DNA of 52,100 nt from IMG/VR virus record IMGVR_UViG_3300039082_000001, positions 1-52,100 of that record. One strand, given 5' to 3'. The notes beneath the pieces are model-generated. The model made no database searches, was not told the origin of the DNA, and saw only the letters and a list, made by a program, of their open reading frames with translations. The position numbers and the translations under genes were made by a program. This document shows positions 7,864 through 17,099 of this stretch, piece after piece; positions within the stretch are counted from its first letter, which is position 1, and each line of letters opens with the position of its first letter. Source of the stretch: a virus. Lineage: Duplodnaviria; Caudoviricetes.

Positions 7864-8598
7864 CTAGCAGACGATCTCCCGGTCTGTCAACCGTGCACGT
7901 TCGACCATCAGGATATCCCTTGGAAGCTGGCATTCCTGGTAATGCTTCCACTTCTCATGGTCAGCAAGACGGTTGTGATGCTCGGAGCTACGCTCGTACG
8001 AGTCATCCGTCTTAGCCTTACCCCAGACAGGATGCATATGTTCCATGAGTACGTCAGGAAGGTAGACAAGACTATTCGTCCTACGACCAAGCTGGTAGAC
8101 GTAATCATCCACGCAGGTATGACTTAAGGGCCACGGAACCATTTGACCGAGATTCGTGATAATTCTGGAATCCATGACCCACCACGTCAACGGAGGAAAC
8201 ACCTTATCGACAGGATCAGTCTGCCCATCAGAACCATAAGCAATCAGATTATGACTCATACTTAATGCTGCGTGAACTGACCAGTCCCAACCATTCGTAC
8301 GAGGAAGGTGGTCATCGCCCATGAATCCAATGTAACGGTAATGCGTTGCCCACAGCATGCCGTAATGATTCAGCGTAGCACTAAGACCACGCCAAGGACC
8401 GAAGTTAACATGCCAAGGATTAACGGCCCTAGCATACTCATGTTCATTTGCATGGTCACCATCAACGACATAGATCACATCTACCATGCCGGTGGATTTA
8501 ACCAAATGCTCTTTAGCTTGGATCCTAGCGCTTTCTACCCTGTTGCGGGTAGGGACGATCATTAGGATTTTGTCGATAATATTCACGAGCAGACACAC
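7864..8598 (-). CDS. Glycosyltransferase, GT-A fold (GT2-like)
   Basis: IVPTRNR, VVDGD, FMGDDHLPRTNGWD, CVDD, EHMHP. Confidence 0.85.
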   Translation of the reverse strand: MCLLVNIIDKILMIVPTRNRVESARIQAKEHLVKSTGMVDVIYVVDGDHANEHEYARAVNPWHVNFGPWRGLSATLNHYGMLWATHYRYIGFMGDDHLPRTNGWDWSVHAALSMSHNLIAYGSDGQTDPVDKVFPPLTWWVMDSRIITNLGQMVPWPLSHTCVDDYVYQLGRRTNSLVYLPDVLMEHMHPVWGKAKTDDSYERSSEHHNRLADHEKWKHYQECQLPRDILMVERARLTDREIVC

Positions 8599-8914
8599 CT
8601 TCTAACGATGACTTTCTGGAGTGGCAGGGTCCACACAATCCTTGAAGGTTATCATCTCGGTCGGATCCACCAAGCCAGCGTGGAATCTTATGGTCCACTT
8701 CGGTAGAGGTGCCAATGCAGCGATCGGGATATAGCCTTGGGCAATTTGGGTCTCTTCGGAGGATCCTTCTTTTGGTTTCCTCTGGTAACTGCGGGCCATA
8801 ATCAGAATCCCTCGTCCAAGCTGGTTGATATCTTTTCGTATGCTCAGGACAGTATCGGCCTGTTACTCGCTTAGTGCATCCGGATTCACCACAGATGGAT
8901 TTAGCCCTGGGCAT
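8525..8914 (-). CDS. HNH endonuclease (packaging-associated type)
   Basis: MPRAKSIC...YCPEH; EVDHKIP...GG...NLQGLCGPCHSRK. Confidence 0.9.
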   Translation of the reverse strand: MPRAKSICGESGCTKRVTGRYCPEHTKRYQPAWTRDSDYGPQLPEETKRRILRRDPNCPRLYPDRCIGTSTEVDHKIPRWLGGSDRDDNLQGLCGPCHSRKSSLEGVSAREYYRQNPNDRPYPQQGRKR

Positions 8915-9311
8915 CGATTATACCGTTAGGATAGACGAATCTAACAATTCCCTCTCGGAATAGAAAATCCTGACAATCAGTGCATGGGCTGCGAGTAACA
9001 TAAACGGTTCCACTATCAACGCTAAAGGTAGCATTATAGAATGCGTTAATTTCTCCGTGGGTACTAATACAGTTCGAATAGTCAGAGGTGGAGGGAAGTT
9101 CATCGTAAGAGAACCTACCACGAGGACAAGCGCCATGGGAAAGACAACCAGGTTCTCCGGGATTTACCCCGTTAAACCCGATGGAAATCAAATGCTTACC
9201 ACGGAGTTTAACTACAATTACAGCTCCGACTTGAGACCTGGTGCAATCCCCCCGGCGGCTAGCCGCTTGTGCAATTCCTAGGTAGTAATCATCCCACGAT
9301 GGACGCATCAA
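8901..9311 (-). CDS. Deoxycytidylate deaminase
   Basis: RPSWDDYYL, CTRSQVGAV, HGEINA, PCTDC. Confidence 0.92.
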   Translation of the reverse strand: MMRPSWDDYYLGIAQAASRRGDCTRSQVGAVIVVKLRGKHLISIGFNGVNPGEPGCLSHGACPRGRFSYDELPSTSDYSNCISTHGEINAFYNATFSVDSGTVYVTRSPCTDCQDFLFREGIVRFVYPNGIIDAQG

Positions 9312-9538
9312 TCAAACACCTTATCAAGCTCAGAGTGGAAAATCTCTGAAAGCTCAGCTAATTCAAGCTTAGATAGGTTGCGACGGTCTACTCCCTCTTC
9401 CCGAGCCATTTGCACTGCTGTAGAAATTAGCACATCCCTTGGCAGCAGTGGAGCTTGACGGTAAGCAGTCTTTCGTTCGTCATAGGACGAAGACTTAATC
9501 CAACGGACGGAAACTTCATGACCGATGTCACCGAGCAC
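9308..9538 (-). CDS. Hypothetical protein
   Basis: AAGGAG RBS, first gene after leftward promoter. Confidence 0.6.
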   Translation of the reverse strand: MLGDIGHEVSVRWIKSSSYDERKTAYRQAPLLPRDVLISTAVQMAREEGVDRRNLSKLELAELSEIFHSELDKVFD

Positions 9539-9611
9539 CTTGCTTTTCTCCTTAGTGTGTTATAGTAATGTGTTAGTAGTGCGTCCCCCTAAGGGGACTA
9601 TAGTGTTAAAT

Positions 9612-9640
9612 AGTATAGTGTTATATTAGAACCCTGTCAA
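9612..9640 (-). promoter_or_regulatory. Consensus promoter TTGACA-N17-TATACT for the leftward operon, within an AT-rich repeat region
   Basis: Direct reading of minus strand; GTCAAGACCCA x2 and TATAGTGTTA x2 overlap it. Confidence 0.85.
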
Positions 9641-9800
9641 GACCCAAAAGTCAAGACCCAGGGATCTAGGGTTTTTTCTTCTTGATGATCCAACCCTAGC
9701 AGGGTGAGAACGAGCCCTTGGGAGGGCTCCCAGGCAGAGAGTTAACCTAAAGTTCATCTAACTTCCCACATGTTGGGACTCTTCGAGTCCTCGTAGGCCC

Positions 9801-9829
9801 TTGCGGACAACTCCAGCAAGGGGTACCTT
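9801..9829 (+). promoter_or_regulatory. Promoter TTGCGG-N17-TACCTT giving leaderless mRNA for the HTH gene
   Basis: -10 ends 6 nt before ATG 9836; no SD. Confidence 0.6.
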
Positions 9830-9835
9830 GTAGCC

Positions 9836-10963
9836 ATGACAGCACTTACCAACCTCCGTAGCTCGGATACGCTGAAGGAGCGTATCGAGATAGCCAATTG
9901 GATCCTTGAACAAGATAAACAACCCATTAAGCCAGAATCAGTTACCATTCTTAAGATGGTCGCCTCCGGCGAAACATATGACACTATTGCGGCGGCCATA
10001 GGCCGCCCTATAAAGAACACCATGCAAACATGGGATTACATTCGTAAGAACTACGGTCCTAAGGATCGTCAGGTTCGCCTGAATAACTTCCGACAGCAGG
10101 ACGCTAAGCGTATGCTGGAGGAAGGTGTTGTTCATCGTGGTAAAGTCCTCCAGCTTATTACCCTCGTTGCCGAGGGAAAGTCCTACGCTGAAATCGGTGA
10201 GATTATGCAGGAAGCTAATCTCCAGAGCCTTCGTCGTCTGTTTGATCAGTACCGCCGTAGGCTAGACGAGAAGACCGAACGAAAGCGTAAGCGTTCCGCT
10301 CAGCGCAAGGCTCAGCGAGATCGTATTGGCCCAATCAAAGAGACCAGAGCGGAGCGTAAAGCTAAGGTCAAGCAAACACTCGACGAAAAGATGGAAGCTC
10401 TTTCTATTCGTCGTAAGGCTATTGCTGATTACTACCAAGAGACTGGTTCTGACCTTAAGGCACTGACGGAGAAATTTGGTCTTTCCAGGACCACTATTCG
10501 TCACGACCTTCGGATCATGGATATTGATCCTCCGAACTGGCCTCGGAGTGGTGATATCCAAGGTAAGTCTGATCGAATGGAATACGTCCAGGAATTGGCA
10601 GGAACTGGACTTTCCATTTCACAGATTGCTAGTCAAACTGGCTACGGTTATTCCACGGTCGCTCGGTACTTCAAGGACATGGGCCTTGCCGTTACTCCTA
10701 ACGAGTACTGGTGTACTCCTACTGAATCTCGTAGGATCTGTGATGTTACCGAACGGAACGTGATCCTTCGTCGTATGAGTCGTGGGATGAACGTAAGTGA
10801 AATGGCTGTAGCTGATGGGGTTAACCGTGATCTCATTCTTCAGTCAATGGCTCGACTTGGGATTGATATCCCGGAAGGCGAAGCCTGGGTGCGCCGCCGG
10901 GACGAAATCATTCCATTCATTTACAACAAGACCGTCAAAGCTCGCTACTGGAAGAATGGGTAG
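9836..10963 (+). CDS. Multi-HTH DNA-binding regulator (repressor position)
   Basis: About 5 HTH-like units: GETYDTIAAAIG, GKSYAEIGEIM, FGLSRTTIRHDL, GLSISQIASQTGYGYSTVARY, GMNVSEMAVADG. Confidence 0.8.
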   Translation: MTALTNLRSSDTLKERIEIANWILEQDKQPIKPESVTILKMVASGETYDTIAAAIGRPIKNTMQTWDYIRKNYGPKDRQVRLNNFRQQDAKRMLEEGVVHRGKVLQLITLVAEGKSYAEIGEIMQEANLQSLRRLFDQYRRRLDEKTERKRKRSAQRKAQRDRIGPIKETRAERKAKVKQTLDEKMEALSIRRKAIADYYQETGSDLKALTEKFGLSRTTIRHDLRIMDIDPPNWPRSGDIQGKSDRMEYVQELAGTGLSISQIASQTGYGYSTVARYFKDMGLAVTPNEYWCTPTESRRICDVTERNVILRRMSRGMNVSEMAVADGVNRDLILQSMARLGIDIPEGEAWVRRRDEIIPFIYNKTVKARYWKNG

Positions 10964-10966
10964 GTC

Positions 10967-11227
10967 ATGGCTGGAGTTATCTCTGGATGTTCTGCTTGCA
11001 AGAGGGTCTTCTCGGGAGTTGGCCTGTTCGACGCCCACAGGGGGCACCACGATCCTCGTGAAGAGGAGATCGGGAAATGTCAGGATCCTGTCAATATGGG
11101 ACTCGTCCAGCGTGAGGATGGTGTCTGGTTCACCCCTGCTGGTCTTGCACAGGCAGAGGCATTCCGTCAGATGGCCCTGAAGAAGGGCGTTTCTACTACG
11201 GAGAAGCCCGAGAACGGCCTAGGGTAG
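10967..11227 (+). CDS. FDxHR-type zinc-binding phage protein
   Basis: CSAC...FDAHR...C. Confidence 0.75.
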   Translation: MAGVISGCSACKRVFSGVGLFDAHRGHHDPREEEIGKCQDPVNMGLVQREDGVWFTPAGLAQAEAFRQMALKKGVSTTEKPENGLG

Positions 11228-11229
11228 GG

Positions 11230-11379
11230 GTGAGTATGGGTCGGGCTTTTCCAAGGCCTTACAGGCAAGCAAAACTGGACCTACCAGTAGGTTGGCTACT
11301 AGTAGCGGCTAAGGGTCTGGGTATGATAGCCTTGGCTGTTGCTGGCTTTACAGCCGCAAGGAGGCTAGAGCGATCATGA
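11230..11379 (+). CDS. Small membrane protein (not in ORF track)
   Basis: Fills gap, hydrophobic C-half, ATGA overlap with 11376. Confidence 0.45.
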   Translation: MSMGRAFPRPYRQAKLDLPVGWLLVAAKGLGMIALAVAGFTAARRLERS

Positions 11380-12110
11380 TCACCCTTAACGCCAAGGGAC
11401 CAGAAGTTGTCAGGTCCCTGTCGAATGCCTCTCTGTGGCACGAGAAAGACAATTCACTAGCTCCCTACGTGTTCATGTACGTCTCGTTTCTTCAGGGTAC
11501 TCTCTCCTTCTACTCAACGGACAGCTACGTAGCAGCCGTTGACTCGTGTGGCTTCACCATTCCCGAGGACCAGGAAACTGCTTCCCTCCAGAAGGGTGTG
11601 AAGCTGACCGAAGACGATGTGGATAAGTTCCTTCTAGCTGCCAGGGCAGTGAAGACTAAAGACCTTGGGATCACGCTGGGAGACACCTTAAGGTTGCCTT
11701 ATATATTCGAGCAGGACGATAAGGGTAAGTGGTCTATCTCAGAGGAAGGCGGCTCCTCAGATGTCGAGTCCTCTGGACTCTTTAGGGCTACGCCCATCGG
11801 ATCGTACCATCAGGGCATTCCTAATTGGGTGGAAGCTTTTGATGGGGTTCTTCACGATGCTGAGTGCTGCGTCGCTGACCCTGCATCTGTATTCGCGATA
11901 CGTCCGGAAAGGTTCCTGAAGCTCTCCCGAGTCAGGGCCGATAGGGATGCTCCCATTGACATCCAGATCGTGGATGCGATCAACCCTCGCTCTCCTGAAA
12001 TGGCTGCCATCAAGATTGGTCCTACGTTCAGGGCTATCGTGAACTTCGTTGATCGTGAACAGGCTAAGGCGCGCCTTGGCGACAACGCAGCGGAATGGAT
12101 GTGGGCGTGA
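11376..12110 (+). CDS. Hypothetical protein, weak sliding-clamp-like motif
   Basis: AAGGAGG RBS; FYSTDSYVAAV resembles beta-clamp ATDxxRL. Confidence 0.6.
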   Translation: MITLNAKGPEVVRSLSNASLWHEKDNSLAPYVFMYVSFLQGTLSFYSTDSYVAAVDSCGFTIPEDQETASLQKGVKLTEDDVDKFLLAARAVKTKDLGITLGDTLRLPYIFEQDDKGKWSISEEGGSSDVESSGLFRATPIGSYHQGIPNWVEAFDGVLHDAECCVADPASVFAIRPERFLKLSRVRADRDAPIDIQIVDAINPRSPEMAAIKIGPTFRAIVNFVDREQAKARLGDNAAEWMWA

Positions 12111-12265
12111 GGTTCAGGGTTAGGAAGATCAGGGATCCACTACATCTGCTTTATGGGTGGTGGGGATTGTGGGAGTGGGATGGAACAAATTGGATATTCA
12201 TTAGCTTCAGCAGGACAGCAGAGGTGGCATGGACGAGACTCCTAGAGATGATGCAGAACAAGTAA
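12107..12265 (+). CDS. 52-aa Trp-rich hypothetical protein (not in ORF track)
   Basis: GTGA overlap; fills gap before exonuclease. Confidence 0.4.
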   Translation: MRFRVRKIRDPLHLLYGWWGLWEWDGTNWIFISFSRTAEVAWTRLLEMMQNK

Positions 12266-13062
12266 TACCTCCACAGAAGGTATACTACAAGTCTGTTTCT
12301 AACCTCAAACTATACAGGGAATGCGGACTCCAATGGAAGTTCCGTAAGTTCGATAAGATCGAGTCCCAGCCGGCTGCCTGGCTTCCACAAGGCACTGCGG
12401 TACACGCTGCATGGGAAGCTTGGGAGAAGTCTGGTCGTACGCTAACGACTGAAAAGATCCTTGAGGTCTATTATGCTGTCTTCGATGCGGAGATGGATAA
12501 GCTCAAAGAAAAGCAACCAGACCTTAAGCAATGGCTCGTTGTCGGCAGAACAAAGATCGAGAACGACATTGCTAATCGTCGCGAGCGCGGAGCGGAACAG
12601 GCGATACGCTTCATTGAGCGCATCAAGGATGAACCCTGGAAGCCGTGGGAGCTACCAGACGGATCTCCTGCTGTTGAAGTCCCTTTTGATGTTGACTTCG
12701 GATTCGGACCAATCAGGGGGTACGTTGACCTAATCAAAGAGTTCAACGACGGTACTCTTCTGATCACCGATATCAAGACTGGCAACCGGGAGAAGACTGC
12801 CCTACAGCTTGCGGTCTATGCTCACGCTGTCAATGAGATCTTTGGGCTGGCTATTACTCAGGGTTCATGGTACTACGCCAAGGATGACGTATGGTCAGAC
12901 CGTATCGATCTCAGTGAGTTGACGGTAGAGTACCTGCGACAGCAGTTTGAGTCTCAAGAAAAGGGGATTCAAAATAGGGTCTTCCTCGCCAATCCGGGGT
13001 CACACTGCGCGCTCTGTCCTGCACAAAGGAAATGTATTGAGTACACGACAATGCAGTCTTGA
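12229..13062 (+). CDS. Cas4/RecB-like PD-(D/E)xK exonuclease
   Basis: SVSNL..Y.EC, GTAVH, IRGYVDL, DIKTG, QLAVY, C-x2-C-x5-C. Confidence 0.9.
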   Translation: MDETPRDDAEQVIPPQKVYYKSVSNLKLYRECGLQWKFRKFDKIESQPAAWLPQGTAVHAAWEAWEKSGRTLTTEKILEVYYAVFDAEMDKLKEKQPDLKQWLVVGRTKIENDIANRRERGAEQAIRFIERIKDEPWKPWELPDGSPAVEVPFDVDFGFGPIRGYVDLIKEFNDGTLLITDIKTGNREKTALQLAVYAHAVNEIFGLAITQGSWYYAKDDVWSDRIDLSELTVEYLRQQFESQEKGIQNRVFLANPGSHCALCPAQRKCIEYTTMQS

Positions 13063-13447
13063 GTATTGCAAGGAGAAGTATGCAGCTAGGGGATATTGCT
13101 CCACGCATTACAATCAGTTTAGACGTACAGGTTCCACCTGGCCCCGTAGGCGGAAGAACGTAAGTTGTCACCGCTGCTCCGTATTGTACTATAGGTATCG
13201 CTTGACATGCGAAGAATTTGATGCTATCCTTGAGTCGCAAAATGGTACATGTGCCATAGAGGGATGTACATCAACTGATGACCTAGTGGTCGACCACGAT
13301 CATAAATGCTGCCCCGACAGATCGTGCGGAGAATGCATCCGTGGCATTTTATGCCAACGATGTAACCACGCCTTGGGCCATGCTAGAGATTCAGTAGAAG
13401 TTCTGTCGGGACTTCTAAACTACCTGAAAGGAAGTAAAAATGTCTGA
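13037..13447 (+). CDS. Endonuclease VII-family nuclease
   Basis: ARGYCSTHY; VDHDHKCC...CIRGILCQRCN; start inferred at TTG 13037. Confidence 0.85.
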   Translation: MSTRQCSLEYCKEKYAARGYCSTHYNQFRRTGSTWPRRRKNVSCHRCSVLYYRYRLTCEEFDAILESQNGTCAIEGCTSTDDLVVDHDHKCCPDRSCGECIRGILCQRCNHALGHARDSVEVLSGLLNYLKGSKNV

Positions 13448-13850
13448 TGACATGCCGTTCGACGAGGGCAACTCTTTCCCGTCCGTTCAGTTCGCCTTCT
13501 TCTCGAAGGAGGGCGGCCAGTGGGTGTTCCGTGGCACTAGCGTCGCGGACGTTCACGAGCTGCTGAACGAGCTGCTTGCCCTTGCCGATGAGACCGATGG
13601 TCCTGGCATCTTGTCGACTATTCAGTCCATCAAGGCTGCTGGCCTGATCAAGGACGCCGCTGGTGGTGGAACCAAGCAGAGCGGTAGCTCCGGTGGCTCT
13701 TCGTCCGGTGGTAACGGCATCCCTGCATGGCTCCAGGCTCGTGCTGATGAGCTTGGTGGTGACCCCAAGACGGGCACCAAGAACGGCCGTACCTGGTACG
13801 CCGTTAAGGTCGGCGATGACATGAAGTGGCAGCAGGCTCCGAAGGGCTAA
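13440..13850 (+). CDS. Hypothetical replication-region protein with Gly-rich linker
   Basis: Strong codon bias; lies between exonuclease and helicase. Confidence 0.7.
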   Translation: MSDDMPFDEGNSFPSVQFAFFSKEGGQWVFRGTSVADVHELLNELLALADETDGPGILSTIQSIKAAGLIKDAAGGGTKQSGSSGGSSSGGNGIPAWLQARADELGGDPKTGTKNGRTWYAVKVGDDMKWQQAPKG

Positions 13851-13851
13851 G

Positions 13852-14055
13852 ATGTCTAAGATCGAAAGTCTGAAGGCTGAAGTAACAAATATCGCGTACG
13901 TAGCTGGCCTGCGAGGAATTTCTCTCAGCGTCTTTCAAAGTAAGCTGAACGAGCTTATTGAAGAGGTTGAGCAGTCCGCTGCCGAAGTGGCATATGACAC
14001 TGGCTATGAGGATGGGTACAGTGAAGCCTTGTTTGATGAGGCATACAGCGAATAG
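13852..14055 (+). CDS. Hypothetical protein
   Basis: Tightly packed ORF. Confidence 0.65.
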   Translation: MSKIESLKAEVTNIAYVAGLRGISLSVFQSKLNELIEEVEQSAAEVAYDTGYEDGYSEALFDEAYSE

Positions 14056-14062
14056 GAGCTAA

Positions 14063-14980
14063 GTGCTTACACTAGCACTGGCGATGCGGGCGACGGAAGG
14101 GGAAGGAGAACCCCTTCCGGTCGTCTTTCCACAGCTCGAAGAGCTGGGCGCCAAACCACGTAGAGGACAGGTAACACTGATTGCTGCTGGTCCTGGTGGA
14201 GGAAAGTCTGCCATGACCTCCGAGTGGGTAATTGAACTGTTTGATCAGACCAAGGGTCAGAAGCTCAGTGGAATGTACTTCTCAGCCGACACGGACCGTA
14301 TGACCCTAGGCAAGCGAGCAGCAGCCGGCATCATTGGGTGCAACCTGAACGAGGCAGAGGAATGGCTGAAGGATGACCAGTTTGGCATCTGGGAAGCCCT
14401 GGAGGAAGCTACAAGTCATATCTGGACATGCTTCGATGCTAGCCTAACGCTCGACGATATCGAGGCTGAGGTAAAGGCATACGCCTTCGTGACGGGACAG
14501 TGGCCAGACTTCGTAGTAGTGGACGTTCTGATGAACGTGTCTGGTGACAACTCTGATGGTGACCACGTAGCGTTCGCTGAAGCGATGAAGTACTTCCATG
14601 GAATGTCTCGGGAGACTAACTCAGCGTTCTTCGTTCTCCATCACGTCACGGGACCATACGAGAATGGCGCAGAGCCAATCCCACTGGGTGGCATCCTTGG
14701 TAAGGTAACCAAGTTGGCTCGGTTGGTCTTGACACTTCACCGTATGGATGATGGAATTCTAGGTGTGTCTGTCGTCAAGAACTCCTCCGGTCCAGCGGAT
14801 ACATCTGGCTGGAAGGTCCGGGCGAAGATCCCGTGGGATCCTTCCAGGAGCTGGTTCGGTAGGACCAAGGCAGACATATCCGCAATGAGTACCACCAAGG
14901 CGATTGATGTTATAAACGACATCGAACCTGAGGATGAGCAAGTTGCGCAGTGGCATGAATGGAGTCGCTATGGGGCGTAA
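14063..14980 (+). CDS. DnaB/RecA-like helicase
   Basis: Walker A AAGPGGGKS, YFSAD, VVVD, VLHH, VVKNSSG. Confidence 0.9.
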   Translation: MLTLALAMRATEGEGEPLPVVFPQLEELGAKPRRGQVTLIAAGPGGGKSAMTSEWVIELFDQTKGQKLSGMYFSADTDRMTLGKRAAAGIIGCNLNEAEEWLKDDQFGIWEALEEATSHIWTCFDASLTLDDIEAEVKAYAFVTGQWPDFVVVDVLMNVSGDNSDGDHVAFAEAMKYFHGMSRETNSAFFVLHHVTGPYENGAEPIPLGGILGKVTKLARLVLTLHRMDDGILGVSVVKNSSGPADTSGWKVRAKIPWDPSRSWFGRTKADISAMSTTKAIDVINDIEPEDEQVAQWHEWSRYGA

Positions 14981-15230
14981 GCGCAGGGGCCGAGTCCGTA
15001 AGGATGTAACCCATAAGAATAACACTGGGCTGCCTGCGGCAATGCCTCCAATGGTAACGCTAGCCGATCGTGACTGGGACCTTGATGAGATCGACGTTAG
15101 CACCATTGCCGTCGATACCATTCTCGAAGCTCTCGAAGGTCTATGGTTCGAAACGGATGATCCAGTGCTTGAGCGTGATGTAAACGATCTCGTTCAGTCT
15201 TATAAGCGACAGATCCAGGAGATGCTATGA
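14970..15230 (+). CDS. Hypothetical protein
   Basis: GGAG RBS before ATG 14970. Confidence 0.6.
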   Translation: MGRKRRGRVRKDVTHKNNTGLPAAMPPMVTLADRDWDLDEIDVSTIAVDTILEALEGLWFETDDPVLERDVNDLVQSYKRQIQEML

Positions 15231-15502
15231 CCGCAGCATACGAAAACGCTGACCATGATGTCACTGAGTACTGGATGCTGGAGATTAGCTATTTCTATCA
15301 GCCCGTAGTCTGGGCACGTGGCGAAGGATACGTTCCGACCGGCGAGCGGAAGCTCTTCAAGCAGACTCGCGGACCGTACCAGAGTTTGAAGTCAGCTAAG
15401 AATGCTTACACTCAACTGTCTCGCAATCATAGTTTTTCAAACATGCATGCTAAGTACTTCAAGACGGTAGTCGAGTGGGAAGAGCAGGATGTATCTGAGT
15501 AA
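15227..15502 (+). CDS. Hypothetical protein
   Basis: ATGA-coupled; RGPY motif. Confidence 0.65.
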   Translation: MTAAYENADHDVTEYWMLEISYFYQPVVWARGEGYVPTGERKLFKQTRGPYQSLKSAKNAYTQLSRNHSFSNMHAKYFKTVVEWEEQDVSE

Positions 15503-15752
15503 AGACCAGGTCCTGAAGTCCTTTGTCGTTGACAGCGATGGCGAAGAGACTTGGGAGCTGTTCTTCCGTGAGGGTGGCAAAAGCGTCCGTGTAGCGATAT
15601 ACTACACTACGGAGGATGCTGAGAACTTTGTTGAAGAAGACGCCCTAGCGTACTGGATGAATGTCCTGAAGCGTACATGGGATGATGATATCTTTGAGGA
15701 AGAGTCTCGATCACCCAAAGGTCCCATACTGAAGTTTAGATTGGATGACTAG
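15489..15752 (+). CDS. Hypothetical protein
   Basis: In-operon ORF. Confidence 0.6.
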   Translation: MYLSKDQVLKSFVVDSDGEETWELFFREGGKSVRVAIYYTTEDAENFVEEDALAYWMNVLKRTWDDDIFEEESRSPKGPILKFRLDD

Positions 15753-16123
15753 TGTTCACCCTAGCAGTGGTGGGTTCAGTAGATCTGTCCGAACGCCAGT
15801 ACCGTGATGCCAGTCTTCTGGTTCGCTCTATCCTTGAGCATTACGACTGGAAGCACTACGATCACTTTACGGTCGTATCTGGCGGAGCTGCTGGAATTGA
15901 CAGTCTGACGGAAGCGCTTACGATCGAGTTGGATCTTCCATTCAATAAGTTTCTCCCAGAAAAGCAGGAGTGGGAGTTCTTCAAGAAGCGGAACAAACTG
16001 ATCGCAGAGACATGCGATCATCTCATTATGGTGCGTTCGAAGCAATCCAAGACCTACGGTTCAGGGTGGACCGCAGACTACGCCGAGGAGATCGGGAAAG
16101 AGGTATTCAGGTACTATGTCTGA
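15752..16123 (+). CDS. SLOG/DprA-like protein
   Basis: LAVVGS, VVSGGAAGID, RNKLIAE, GSGWT. Confidence 0.8.
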   Translation: MFTLAVVGSVDLSERQYRDASLLVRSILEHYDWKHYDHFTVVSGGAAGIDSLTEALTIELDLPFNKFLPEKQEWEFFKKRNKLIAETCDHLIMVRSKQSKTYGSGWTADYAEEIGKEVFRYYV

Positions 16124-16515
16124 TGCTCATGACTCCTGAAGCCAGGAAGCGTAAGGATGCTCATCTTAAGCGAACCTACGGGATCTCCATAGACGACTGG
16201 GAAGGGCTCCTGGCTTCACAGGGCTACAAGTGTGGTTGCGGTTGCGGTAAGGACTTCCAAGAGGGCAAGCGCTGGTCAGTAGACCATGACCATGAGACTG
16301 GTGAAGTCAGAGGGATCGTTCAGTACGCTTGTAACAGGTACTTCATCGGATCTTTCGATGTTACTGGAGCCTACCGGCTGTACAGGTACTTGACAGACCC
16401 TCCAGCTAGGCGGTACTTTGGTGGTCAGCGGTTCGTACCGAAGGGTATGGAAAAGCCAAAGAAGCGGCGTAAGCGCCGAGTTACCGTGAAACGGAATCCG
16501 AGGAGTAAGAAGTGA
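16123..16515 (+). CDS. Endonuclease VII (likely resident junction resolvase)
   Basis: YGISIDDW...SVDHDHETGEVRG...ACN...YLTDPPA; host-like GC. Confidence 0.85.
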   Translation: MLMTPEARKRKDAHLKRTYGISIDDWEGLLASQGYKCGCGCGKDFQEGKRWSVDHDHETGEVRGIVQYACNRYFIGSFDVTGAYRLYRYLTDPPARRYFGGQRFVPKGMEKPKKRRKRRVTVKRNPRSKK

Positions 16516-16733
16516 AGGTCCAGCTCAACAAAGATGTTTGGTGGGACGATCCACGCAACTACTCGAACTGCAACCTTTTCGTAGGACAGATTCTTACGGT
16601 TTTTCGGGGTCCAACACATGGATGTGTAAGTTCGCATGGTCAGGCGTTTACCTTCTCTGACGACCCATGGACTGGTCCGTTCTTCGAACTTCCTCGTGAG
16701 TACGTGAACGTTATCGGAGAGGATGCATTCTAA
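16512..16733 (+). CDS. Hypothetical protein
   Basis: GTGA overlap, GAGGAG RBS. Confidence 0.65.
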   Translation: MKVQLNKDVWWDDPRNYSNCNLFVGQILTVFRGPTHGCVSSHGQAFTFSDDPWTGPFFELPREYVNVIGEDAF

Positions 16734-16843
16734 TGGGTTGGGTAATCCTGTTCATCGCTAGTGCTATGCTTGGTCTTGTGTACTTCCTGAGCACTGTCAC
16801 TAACGGTCTAGCCTACTGGTCATTCGGAAAGATTGGACACTGA
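16733..16843 (+). CDS. 36-aa membrane peptide (not in ORF track)
   Basis: TAATG coupling; MGWVILFIASAMLGLVYFL... Confidence 0.55.
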   Translation: MGWVILFIASAMLGLVYFLSTVTNGLAYWSFGKIGH

Positions 16844-16844
16844 C

Positions 16845-17090
16845 ATGGCAGTCGCTAAGAAGAACACCAGGACCGAAGTTGTCGTTACCAGTATCGAGCT
16901 AACGCTAACTCCAGAGGAAGCTAAGTTTCTTGCCGATGTTATGAGTATGGTTGGTGGCTCCATGATAAGCCGGCGCAAGCACGCTGCTGCCCTGATTACC
17001 GCACTTAATTCTGTTGGGGTTAAGTACAGTGAATACCCCATCAAGGATGTTGACGACCCTGCTACTACCATTTACTTCAGGGAAGTCTAA
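16845..17090 (+). CDS. Hypothetical protein
   Basis: LTLTPEEA motif. Confidence 0.65.
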   Translation: MAVAKKNTRTEVVVTSIELTLTPEEAKFLADVMSMVGGSMISRRKHAAALITALNSVGVKYSEYPIKDVDDPATTIYFREV

Positions 17091-17099
17091 GGACACGTC

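Noticed and set aside
12229-13062. CRISPR-Cas system suggested by the Cas4-like gene
   Set aside because: No other cas genes and no repeat-spacer array seen; solo Cas4-like exonucleases are usual in these phages
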